Below are positions 53,501-64,000 of a stretch of DNA of 64,000 nucleotides, piece after piece; position 1 is the first letter of the stretch; every line of letters begins with the position of its first letter. The notes under the pieces were generated by a model that was given only the letters and a program-made list of their open reading frames with translations, had not been told where the DNA came from and did no database searches. The stretch is taken from contig OZ176053.1 in the NCBI GenBank assembly GCA_964247055.1, positions 6,882,001-6,946,000 on the forward strand, read 5' to 3'. Position numbers and translations under genes: made by a program. This stretch comes from Paragordius varius (taxonomy: Eukaryota > Animalia > Nematomorpha).

Positions 53501-56500
53501 CAGCTGCTATTGTGTCACCCAGGTAATTGTACTTGTTTACTATTTCGATGTTTGTAGTTGGAAGGTAGGTGGTTTGTGTGGGATTATTTGGGTTTATATC
53601 TGGTGTTGCACAAGCTTTACATATAAAATTTTCAATTCCCAATAAACTTCCTTTAATTTGTGAGCACTTTTTATGGACCCACAGCTGGCATTTAGTGCAT
53701 TTGATGGAATTAAGTTTCACTTCAGAGTGACAAATGGAGCAAGGGAATTTTATTACAGGTACCGGTGAGCCTGTTATTAAAGCCTTTGTTTTATCTGTGT
53801 TAATTTTGAGGCCAAATTTTTCTATAGATTTCCAGAGGTTATATTTATTGATAATGTCTGTTTCGCTGGTGGCTGTTAGTATTATGTCGTCAGCGTACAT
53901 CATCTCAAAAGGTAAACCTGTTTTTATATTATCAGTTATTACATCCATAATGATGATAAATAGTAATGGACTGAGGATGGAGCCCTGGTGTAGTCCGACA
54001 GTTACTGGAAATTGATTGGTATCACCCACGGGAGTTCTCACGCAACTAGTGGTGTTCTCATATAGTAAGTTTATTATTCTTATTATCCATTCCGGAATTT
54101 CTTTTTTTCGTAACGCAAATGTGATCATGGACCGCGGGATGCAGTCGAATGCACGGCTTAAATCAATAAAGATGTGATATAAGGTTTTGTTTTTGCATCT
54201 GTAGTTCTCTTGTAGCCTTCTAAGAATGAATATGGCGTCAGAGGTGCTGATCCCCTGTTGGAAACCGAATTGGTTTTCGTCAATCGAGCAAAGCTGACGT
54301 ATTTTTTTTTCTATAATTATTTCGAATAATTTGGTTGCGTGTTCAAGTAATTTTAATGGTCTGTAGGAGGCGCAGTTGAGCATGTCGCCTTTGTTTTTAT
54401 ATATTGGAATTATGACACTTTGGTTCCAGTCGTTCGGGATTTTTTCCTCCATTATAATCAGATTAAATAGCTCTGTGAAATAGGTAATTGCTTCAGGAAT
54501 ATTTTTGTACATTTCAGTTTTAATTTCCGTTGGACCAGATGCCTTATTGATTTTACATTTTTGCATGGCTAAGCTCACATCTTCTGCAGTAATAATTGGG
54601 GGTGGCCCAATAACTGGAGGTAAGTTTGGGATCTCGACATTTGAATGCTGGAAATTCAGTGTATTTTGCATGTATTGTGTCCATACATTTTGAATGCTAA
54701 GAGTGTCAGTAACTGTGTTGTTATTTTTATCTTTTATGGCTTTCACTACCCGAATATCTTTTTTATTATTATTAATATTTTTTAGTGTTTTAAAGACTTT
54801 TAAGTTTTTAATTTCTCCCTCAAGTTTTTTGGCCATTTCCAAACATCTTTCATTCATTTTGTCAGCTATTATTTTCTTTACTCTTTTTTTAACCATTATG
54901 TAAAAATGTTTGTCATCATCATGTTTAGAAGCTTTCCATTTCTTAAAGGCATCTCTTTTCTCATTCAATAAGGGTTTAATATCGCTTTGCCACCACCATT
55001 GAGATTTTGTTTTGGTACGTTTTCTTCCGCAGATTTTGGAAACGTTTGAGAGAAGGGTGTTTTTGAGATGCTCCCAGCCGTCATGAACGTTGTTAGGGGA
55101 ATGTTTTAGTTCAGGTGTAATTTGGTTGATGTATTGATGCTTTGTTTTAGGATCATTAAGTTTTGCAACGTTAAGTTGTGGTAATTTTTTAGGGCTAGGT
55201 CGGTTCTTATTTATTATTAAAAAAGCAACTATTAGTTTATGTTGTGTATCATATTCATAAGTTTTAAAGTTGGTTATAATTTTTCTAAGTTGTTGGTTCA
55301 GCAACACAAAATCTATTTGCGATGTGTGATTTCCGCTTTTATATGTGTGGATTTGGCTAGGTTTTTTACAGAAGTGTGTGTTGCAAATCAATAAGTTTGC
55401 GGCACTGCAGAATTCCAAGAGGGTTTCGCCCTCTTTGTTGCGAGAGCCAATACCTACTCCACCGTGTATACCTTCATAACCATCAGCGTGCATTCCAATG
55501 TGTCCATTAAAATCTCCGCCGATCAGAAGTATGTCATTTGTGGGAACATTTTGTGCGATCTGATAAAGCTGATTCCAAAATTCCTGTTTGGTAGTTTCAT
55601 TTTGACCCTGTTGAGGGGTATAGATGGATAGTATGTTAAGGGTGGTATTATTGAGAGCCACTCGCATTTGAATAATTCTGTCGTTGTGACGTGTAATGTC
55701 AATTATATTATCTTTTATCTGATCGTTTATGGCTATTGCTACCCCTGATTTCCCTGATTTTCCTCCTTCATAATACAGTGTAAAACCTTCATGTTGATAA
55801 TTACCTCCGTTTTTAAAACGAGTTTCTTGTAAACAACATATGTCAAGCTTTTGTTCTTTAATCGCATTTATTATCATCCAAGCTTTTCCAACAAGAGTTC
55901 CGACATTCCATGTGCCAAATTTAAAGTTATTATTTTTAATATTAAATGATTTTTTCTCAGGTAACATTTCACTTTTCAGTAGATGTATTATAAATATAAT
56001 TATTATTATTATGCAGTATAAAAATATATAATGTAAAGTTTCAAAGACGCTTTTATAAGTAGTATTTATTCATTATTATTTCGCTGTTGAACATGGTAAA
56101 AGTAATGAGGCTTGATTTTTATAGACTATATGCCCTTATAGCCAACCTCTTAACTCGGAGGAGAGAGTACCTTATTCGCTGTACCAGGCTAGAGAGTGTC
56201 TAAAAAGACTTCGAATCTCTCAATCCGTTTGTAGATTTAAGTCTACGGCCGAGGGAGGTGCCTTTCTGGGCTTTGGAAGCTCCCACTCCATCTTTCGTTT
56301 TAAGTACTTATATTATCGTTATTATCATCTGGCTGCTGGTTATAGCGCCTAGATAAACCCGCTTTAAAACCATGTGTGTGAATACAGGCATTGTGGTATT
56401 TTGTAAGAAAATGAGACAGCCAATCTCAATTCCGCCACGCCCCACACACAAGTTTTCCTCCTTGTGGATTGATGTTCATTGACTGTTCTTTACAAACAGT

Positions 56501-57291
56501 GCCGCTCCCGTTAGCGTTACCCGGGATGCCCCGCGAGGAGGTGGGAGTCGGTCTTTGCATCCCGTGTTTCTTGTAAACAACATAAAAAGTTTTTGTTCTT
56601 CAATCGCATTTATTATCATCCATGCTTTTCCAACAAGGGTTTTGACATTCCATTTGCCAAATTTTAAATTATTATTTTTATTATTAAAGGATTTTTTCTC
56701 CGGTATTAACATTTCTCTTTTTCGTAGATGTATTATTTTATAGATATAATTATTATTAATATGGAGTATAAAAATATATTAAATGAAGTTTTAAAGACGC
56801 TTTTTAAAAAGTATTATTCAATTATTATTTCGCTGTTAAACAAGGTAAAGTGATGAGGCTTGATTTTTATAGACCGAATGCCCTTACAGCTAACCTCTTA
56901 ACTCGGAGGAGAGAGTACTATCAGGCTAGAATGTGTCCTAAAATACTTCGAAATTAATCCGTTTGTAGATATAAGTTTACGGCCGAGGGAGTTTCCGGGC
57001 TTTGTAAGCTCCCACTCCATCTTTCGTTTTAGGAACTTATATTATCATTATTATCATCTGGCTCTTGGTTATAGCGCCCAGGTAAACCTGCTTTGAAACC
57101 ATGTGTGTAAATACAGGCATTGTAGTATTTTGTAAGGAAATTAGACAACCAAAGTCATTTCCGCCACGCCCCACACACTAATTTTCTTCCTTGTGAATTG
57201 TCATTGTATGTTCTTCACAACAGTGCCGCTTCCGTTAGCGGTATGTCCCGCTAAGAGGTGGGACTGTTGGTCTTTTCACTCCAAGCCGGAA

Positions 57292-57323
<32 letters not shown>

Positions 57324-60300
57324 ATACCCATCAATAACATAAATATATGAGTTTCTCATATGAATATTTATCTAATTATCTACCCTTTGCCATAAGTAAA
57401 AAATTTATATAAGCCTCAGTTTTCAAAGATAGATTAGGACAAAATAGTCATTTTTAAACTATCGGTAACAAATAGTGTGTAATTATGATGCAGATATATC
57501 GTCATAGTTAACATTTAAACACATTTCGAAAAGATTAAAAAAATTAAATGGTAAAATTCATCCCTCATTATATATATATAATAATCAAAATATAGAAGCA
57601 ATCGCCAAAAGTGAAGAGCAAATGAAACAAATCGAGGAAAAAAGAGCTAAATATAAGGTATTATAAAGATGTTTTATCTTTTTTAATTTTATATCAAATC
57701 AAAATGTGATCAAATTGAAATCTTTTCATATATTTATACTTAAAACTAGATTATGCATTTTTTTCTATCTCTCTTATTATATAAAAGTTATTTATCGACT
57801 AGAATTTTTGGAATATAATAAAAAATGCAAATTTTACCATAATATAAATATAGGTTTGAGTAATGTTGATTCAATCTTAATACACTAAAAGGAGTTTACA
57901 TAACCCCTGTTAAAAATGGATAAATCTTAAAACATGCATGCAAAATCCAAAGTTTTCTAGAAGAAATATGTACATATTTTTTCGAACTAATTTTTTAAAT
58001 TTATTTGAGTCATGGAATTCGACATATTTGCATACTTTGTGAAATAAAAAAATCTACCCAGTTTTTGAATTCTTTAAATTGGAGGATAGAAAATGATGTA
58101 TATATAACAAATTATTTATAGGTTTTAGAAATAAAAATAATCTCATGCACATCTTAGTGAAGCTTCTTTAAAAAATATATTTGGAAAACAAATTTAAAAT
58201 CCAAAATTTTTTAGAAGGTATGCAATTGATTTAACTAATATTTTAGTTTTATTTGCTGTCAGGGCAATGCGATGGTATGTATAATATTTTGATTAAGCGT
58301 AAAATTTATGGTTCAATTCCTTAAATGTCCGCCAATTTTCACCCTTCATTTTGAAAACGCCATTTTTTTTATTACATCCTAATTTACATCCAAACATGGA
58401 AAACGAGAGAGCCAGAGATTTGTTAATAAACGTTTTAGAAAAGTATGAGGAATTTACATTTCATTGATACCCTATATTGTATTCCAAAAAGAAAACAAAT
58501 CCAATCCGAGTTAAAGAAAATTGGGATAAGCTTTATTTAGACGTGAAAAAAGAATTGGATTATGACATATCACTAAACCAAATTATCAAAATGTATAATA
58601 ATATCAAGTAGAGCCTAAAGAAGAAAATTCAAAACTCTCATAAAACAGGAAATCTTAATACTCCGAAGTTCTTAGATTATGAAAACTCGCAACTAGAATA
58701 CTCTTCTAGTAGCGAAAGTTCTACATATCAGTATATCGATATTTGTTATAGAGACTATTATCTATCGAAACCCATATCCGACCATATCCAATCATTAGCC
58801 TTTGAGATTTAAACATGTATAATATGTACTATCCATAAGATTCATTATGTGATTCCTCCTTATTTTTCCAGCCTCGCGTTCTTGTGCCGTTGTAACGAAT
58901 ATTCATCAGGAATTTTATCCAAATTATAAGGAGTTTCATCTAATTTCAAATAATCATTACGGGCCTTTCCCATATTATAGAAAACTCCACATGAAAGAAT
59001 TATGTTTGGTACATTGTCAAATCGTCTCTTCCATTGACCAAAGACACGTTCAATGACTGAACGTTCTTTAGCATGTATTTCGTTAAAATTTTCTCCCTAA
59101 GATTGGTAGGATTACGAAATGGTAGGCTTATAGACATCGACAAACCATACACTATCACCTAAAAGAGAACCATATTTATTTAACATCAACATATTTTTAT
59201 AAAGGGCACTATTTTCAAATATTCTGGCATCGTGTACCCGTCCCGGATATTTTACCAAAGAGGTAAAATATTTATTACTTTCAAAGTTGCTCGAATGTTA
59301 TAACTAAAATAATTTTTTCGATTTAAAAAATTTAAAGGGTCCTTCGATGGTTAATTTATTTCTATATGGGTGCAATCAATTGCATTCACCATACAAGGCA
59401 TATTGTATTTTTCTGCCCATAAATTTACAGCTGAAACTATTTCCAACAGATTCATCGGAAATTTGATCCATTTTTGGCGAAGTCTGCTACAATAGTGGCT
59501 TACATAGGATATTATTCGTGCCGCATAGCTTCGGGATATCCCAAAGTCATTGCTGACTCCATGTTGAAATCCCGGATCTGCCAAATATCTTAAAAATATT
59601 TCAACATACCGTTTGTACGTCAAAAAAACCTTTTCGTTGTGTGGGTCTAAGATGTAGTGGAAATATCTCGTTTGTTATAAAATCAACCGTTTCAGGAGTG
59701 AACCTTAATAAGGATTGTTAATCATTCGGGCTTATTGAGCGCCTGGCTATCATCCTTTTTGTTAATAATCTACGCATTAATTAAATGAAGATTACTAAAA
59801 ATTATTTGTAGCACTTGCGAGCGATTGATTCGATAATATGAGATTAATTGTGGTATCACTTAAAATTAAAATTTTAAAAATAATCATTATTTGTAGACCT
59901 GATTGTTACAAAAATTGAGGGATTTGTTGCATTGACAGCTTTTTTCTCTCTTGGAATCTCTCTTAGCAACGAGTGAGATTAATTATTTTCATATGCAAAA
60001 AACTTAGGGGAATTTTGTCTGTTTCATTGAATTTTCTTAATTTCTTCGGTCTGCTACAAATAATGAGTATTTTTGAACTTTTAATTTTAAGTGATACCAT
60101 TAATCTCATATTATCGAATCAATCGCTCGCAAGTGCTACAAATAATTTTTAGTAATCTTTATATAATTAATTCGTAGATTATTAACAAAAAGGATAATAG
60201 CCAGGCGCTTATTCTAGTAGCGAGTATAATTTTTTTCATAAACTAAGAGCTTCGGACTATTAAGATTTCCTGTTTTATGAGAGTTTTGAATTTTCTTCTT

Positions 60301-63300
60301 TAGGGTGTATATTATACATTTTGTTAATTTGGTTTAGTGATATGTCATAATCCAATTCTTTTTTCACTTCTAAATAAAGCTTATCCCAATTTTCTTTAAC
60401 TCGGATTGAATTTGTTTTCTTTTTGGAATACAATATATGGTATCTATGAAATATAAATTCTTCAAACTTTTCTAAAACATTTATCAATAAATCTCTGGCT
60501 CTCTCGTTTTGCATGTTTGAATGTAAATCAGGATGTAATAAAAAATGGCTTTTTCAAAATGAAGGGTGAAAATTGGCGGACATTTAAGAAATGAATCATA
60601 AATATTACGCTTAATCAAAATATTATACAGACCATTGCATTGCCCTGACAGCAAATAAATCTAAAATATTAGTGAAATCAATTGCGTACCTTCTAAAAAA
60701 TTTTGGATTTTAAATATGTGCTCCAAATATAATTTAAAGAAGCTTAGTTCGCTAAGATGTGTATGAGATTATTCCAATTTCTAAAACCTATAAATAATTT
60801 GTTATATATACATCATTTTCTATCCTCCAATTTAAAGAATTCAAAAACTGGGTAGATTTTTTTATTTCACAAAGTATGCAAATATTTCGATTTCCATGGC
60901 TCAAATAAATCTAAAAAATATAGTTCGATAAAATGTGTACATATTTCTTCTAGAAAACTTTGGATTTTGCATGCATGTTTTATTAATATTTATCCATAAA
61001 CCCCTTTTAATGTCTTAAGATTGAAGCAACATTATGCTCAAACCTATATATTATTTGTTAAATATACTTTAATTTATATCCTCCAATTTACAGAATTATA
61101 AAATTTGCAATATTAAAAGAAATTTTAATAAGTCTACTAGGAGCAGACTTATGATGAATGTATATGATATTTATTCAAAAATGTAAGCATAAGGACGCAA
61201 GCATAAGGACCTAAGTACTTACCCGAACATGGGTCTTTATGTGCGGCTTAAAAAATATGTTTCCAAAATTTTAACAAAATTGATATTTCTTAAACAATTT
61301 TTCTAAATAAGTTTATCCGATTTGCGAGACCTACGTATTTTATTCCGTTTAAATTTTGCAGTCTTTAGTTTGAAATCCAATAAATTATTAATAAATGCTC
61401 ACATATATTTCAAATGCGGCCCTCGAAGGCATTTGTCTTGGACACCCCTGATTATAATCTTAATTAAAATTATGAATAGGTAGAGTTTTAGTCGCGCATT
61501 TATCAATTAAATCTTTTACAATTAATTTAAAAAGGGGATATTCTCTTCAAATATATTGCAGATAATACCCACATTTACCTACGATAAGGATAAGGATTCT
61601 AATACAGATGACGATGATGATGATGACGATATAGATGAGGGCGAATCTGAAAAAATACCCATAAAAACAATTCGAACGACCCCATACATCCGAAAACCAA
61701 ACTATAAAAATGCCAATAAAAAACGTGAGAATTTTGATTTTGAATTTCTTATATTTAGTATTTATAATGTAGATATTTACGGGTGTGTTCTATAAAATAT
61801 TCTAAACATTGTCTTTTACTCTTTATGTTTTAAAATTTTTATTTTTACATGGAATAATTTAACATTTTCAATCGTTTAAAGTTTATATATTTTATTTTTT
61901 TATTTAAGGCGCGGTTAAATATATTTTATAAAGTAACTATTTAAAAGTGCATTAATCATTTTCAATTGTATGATTTTCATAATCTTATTATAATTTACAT
62001 TTGCAATTCTCAAATTCACATATTTTTTAATCCTATTATGTGGAACAAAAATGGGGTGATGCCTCAATAAACGTGTATTTTTGCCTTATAATATTCATTA
62101 TTTAAATTTTAAAAAGAGTGTGCTTTTTTATTTTTGACATTAAAATATTTTTTATTGATATTCATAGGGCGTGATGATTTGGACCCCATGGATCCGGCTG
62201 CTTATTCGGATATACCAAGGTATGATATACTCAAATTTTTTTATGATTTAAATTAATATCTATTATATTTAATGTATTTGAGCCATAGATAAAAATTTAT
62301 CAAACTTTTATGAATTTTTTTAAACAATTGATCTCAAATTATAACAAAAATATAAAATATGTTTATTAGATTATACAATTTTATATCTTATCTATAAATT
62401 TAAAATGATATTTTTTGAACGTGCCAAGTTTTTAGATAAAAGTACCACGCGTTTTAAATTTCTTTTACAGCGTTAAATTCACACTAATAATTTTTTATCA
62501 ATGCCAATACGATTTTTGACAGCGGAAAAAACAAGTTTTAAATGTTTCTAGTTTTAATTTTCATGTAATACGGATGCTAATCGTTGATATTAGCCATTCG
62601 TGTAAATTAAAACACAGTTAACAATCAAATACATTTCGAATAGACACTTGAATATTAAAATCGGACGTTTCAAATTCACTCTTGAACATTTCAGAATAAT
62701 GCTTTGCTAATCTACCCTAAAAATATATGTTTAATTTAACTTATATATGATAGTTTGGGGATATTTTATCTTTTTTATGTTTTATTACTGTATTTTCTGA
62801 TTTTTTTTAAAAAATAAAAATATAGTTAATTTTTTATTTTAAGCTGGGCTATATGTTTATTCAAATATATCTTTTGCATCGTAACAAGGCATACAAAAAT
62901 TACCTATATTTTTAATATACCATTTACAATTCAAATTCACCCTTGAACAATTCAAATTCACCCTATTATGTGTTTTCGAGCAAATATAACTCATTATTAA
63001 TACGAAATATATCTTTATTGCTTAGTTTATTATTTTTCAGTATTATTTTAATACAATCAAAATTTTATTTTTTGAAAATATGAGAATATATAAATATTTA
63101 ATCTTAAAAAACACATAATTTATTTTAGGGTAAATTTGAATTGTCAATGGTAAATTTAAATTGTTCAAGGGTTAATTTGAATTGTTTAAGGGGGGATTTG
63201 AAGTGTAAATGGTATGTTAAAAAAATGAAAACCTGAAAAAAACATTAAAATCGAACAATTAATATCATATATGAGGTAATTTAGCCCTTAAATACAATTT

Positions 63301-63690
63301 ATATTTAGGGTGATTTCGAAACATTTGAGGTTAAATCGTCAAGGGTCAATTTGAAGTGTTCAATGAATTTAATGTGTAAAATATATATTAAGTAGCATTA
63401 AGATAGACTAAATAAGTCCTTTGCCACGCAAAATTGTATAATAATGATTTATTTCACAAAAAAATATGGTCGATTTTCATTGTGATTGATTTAACGTAAA
63501 TATTAGAGGAACATGGAGTTCTGGGCTACATGGGGATGGAGAGGCCGTAACCGGCGTCGATCAAACAGCATCCGGGCCCTTGTTTCAAATGAGGCCTTAT
63601 CCAAGTCCCGGGGACATTCTTAAGAGGAAAGAAAAGGCACAAAAGTCAACAATATCTAAAAAGAAAAAACAGCAAAAACCACGACCCTAA
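50514..63690 (+). CDS. PQBP1: Polyglutamine-binding protein 1 (WW domain, U5-15kD-binding C-terminus)
   Basis: [30 protein letters not shown] domain [32 protein letters not shown], and [23 protein letters not shown]...[18 protein letters not shown]. Exons start near 50514, 50596 or 50605, 51124, 51262, 57596, 61562, 62168 and 63508. Confidence 0.93.
52030..52945 (-). pseudogene. Downstream half of an older, decayed RTE copy split by the young insertion
   Basis: Colinear and homologous with the endonuclease region of the 52950-55967 ORF. It resumes exactly at the LQET|RFKNGGNY position where the 56564-57282 half stops. Confidence 0.8.
52950..55967 (-). CDS. RTE polyprotein: AP-endonuclease, reverse transcriptase and inserted PHD-like finger
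   Basis: APE motifs GTWNV, CLQET, GGDFNGH, SQIDF; RT motifs [34 protein letters not shown]; C-terminal RLRYWGH and GRP. Confidence 0.95.
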   Translation of the reverse strand: MLPEKKSFNIKNNNFKFGTWNVGTLVGKAWMIINAIKEQKLDICCLQETRFKNGGNYQHEGFTLYYEGGKSGKSGVAIAINDQIKDNIIDITRHNDRIIQMRVALNNTTLNILSIYTPQQGQNETTKQEFWNQLYQIAQNVPTNDILLIGGDFNGHIGMHADGYEGIHGGVGIGSRNKEGETLLEFCSAANLLICNTHFCKKPSQIHTYKSGNHTSQIDFVLLNQQLRKIITNFKTYEYDTQHKLIVAFLIINKNRPSPKKLPQLNVAKLNDPKTKHQYINQITPELKHSPNNVHDGWEHLKNTLLSNVSKICGRKRTKTKSQWWWQSDIKPLLNEKRDAFKKWKASKHDDDKHFYIMVKKRVKKIIADKMNERCLEMAKKLEGEIKNLKVFKTLKNINNNKKDIRVVKAIKDKNNNTVTDTLSIQNVWTQYMQNTLNFQHSNVEIPNLPPVIGPPPIITAEDVSLAMQKCKINKASGPTEIKTEMYKNIPEAITYFTELFNLIIMEEKIPNDWNQSVIIPIYKNKGDMLNCASYRPLKLLEHATKLFEIIIEKKIRQLCSIDENQFGFQQGISTSDAIFILRRLQENYRCKNKTLYHIFIDLSRAFDCIPRSMITFALRKKEIPEWIIRIINLLYENTTSCVRTPVGDTNQFPVTVGLHQGSILSPLLFIIIMDVITDNIKTGLPFEMMYADDIILTATSETDIINKYNLWKSIEKFGLKINTDKTKALITGSPVPVIKFPCSICHSEVKLNSIKCTKCQLWVHKKCSQIKGSLLGIENFICKACATPDINPNNPTQTTYLPTTNIEIVNKYNYLGDTIAADMNIKNAITTRSHQAWAKFHQLKYIMKHKHISNPNKGKIYTIAIRPALTYASECWPLNQTNENKLCDIERKILNSCLTNQYHNDKPNNNKSIHNLFHIAPMSSFLRANRLRYWGHIERSNSWINKIRSFHPNGNLKRGRPYHDWEKTLSNDLHLTQLNKDDCLDRKLFRSRIWKLAHAGQTTT
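56505..56563 (-). ncRNA. HDV-like self-cleaving ribozyme at the RTE 5' end
   Basis: Minus strand reads GGGATGC AAAGACCGA CTCCC ACC TCCTCGC GGG GCATCCC GG GTAAC GCTAAC GGGAG. This gives P1 (7 bp), P2 CTCCC/GGGAG, P3, L3 TCCTCGC, P1.1 CC/GG and J4/2 GCTAA containing the catalytic C. Confidence 0.88.
56564..57282 (-). pseudogene. 5' half (UTR plus ORF start) of the older RTE copy
   Basis: Near-duplicate of 55830-56563; ORF start [41 protein letters not shown]; decayed ribozyme at about 57229-57282. Confidence 0.85.
57292..57316. repeat. (TA)n microsatellite abutting the old RTE 5' end
   Basis: TA run. Confidence 0.9.
57848..61050. mobile_element. PIF/Harbinger locus with inverted duplication
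   Basis: Minus-strand decayed HARBI1-like transposase at about 58790-59750 ([40 protein letters not shown]). A Myb/SANT-like ORF lies at 58396 (+), with its mirror copy at 60514 (-), inside arms of about 850 bp. Confidence 0.8.
61410..61450. mobile_element. Solo right terminus of a hAT Buster-type element
   Basis: ATGCGGCCCTCGAAGG...CTTGGACACCCCTG matches the TIR family of 11974 and 9303; the partner end was not found. Confidence 0.5.
62670..63362. repeat. Foldback/MITE-like element with arrays of about 21-bp units in opposite orientations
   Basis: TTCAAATTCACCCTTGAACAA units at about 62670-62960 face GGTAAATTTGAATTGTTCAAG units at about 63130-63362. Confidence 0.55.
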
Positions 63691-64000
63691 AATATTACAT
63701 ATTTATGTATATGATTGATAAATTAAAAATATATTGATTTATATACATGTTGTATAAAGACAAAATTTGTTTTTAAACATTATTTTTTGTAAGTATATAC
63801 AATTCGGAATAAAATATAAAATGAATATTATATAATATTATGATGAATGCATGATATATCATAGAAGGACATTAATTTGAGATCATATAGCAAAGGATAT
63901 TATATTAACACTAATTTTTGAAATCTTTTTTATTTTGAATTATTAGTTTTAATTATGGGTGTAAAATAGCGCCATTCTTGTTTGATAGCATTTCGCATAT

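Larger units (their letters stand above)
52946..56563 (-). mobile_element. Full-length, apparently young RTE LINE antisense in a PQBP1 intron
   Basis: TSD GTGTTTCTTGTAA at 52933-52945 and 56564-56576; short (TTGA)n-type 3' tail; intact 1005-aa ORF; about 600-nt 5' UTR starting with a ribozyme. Confidence 0.93.

Noticed and set aside
53734-54903. Plus-strand ORFs within the RTE
   Set aside because: Antisense shadows of the RT ORF.
1-64000. CRISPR arrays, rRNA, tRNA genes and prokaryotic operons
   Set aside because: None seen; the window is eukaryotic and its repeats lack a repeat-spacer structure.

Overview
Strongly AT-rich, intron-containing invertebrate animal DNA; the species cannot be identified from the sequence. 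Host genes reconstructed by hand from GT-AG exon chains, in order: the 3' end of an M13 (neprilysin-like) peptidase, a complete secreted tandem M13 paralogue, an intronless F-box gene (-), an SRSF7/SRSF3-family splicing factor (+), FITM (-), a b(0,+)/LAT-type SLC7 amino-acid transporter (+), an orphan gene (-) and PQBP1 (+). Mobile DNA is abundant: a full-length-sized but decayed hAT Buster/Charlie element with related MITEs, a CACTA-terminus element, several RTE LINEs and a Harbinger locus folded into a long inverted repeat. Three things stand out. (1) A full-length RTE carries a PHD-like finger, and its 5' end, fixed by a 13-14 bp target-site duplication, coincides with the predicted cleavage site of a minimal HDV-like ribozyme; it has inserted into an older copy of its own family. 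(2) A minimal type I hammerhead ribozyme sits inside a long hairpin. (3) Spliceosomal-type introns of only 22-24 nt occur beside multi-kb introns. All coordinates were read by eye, and no alignment, folding or database search was run.
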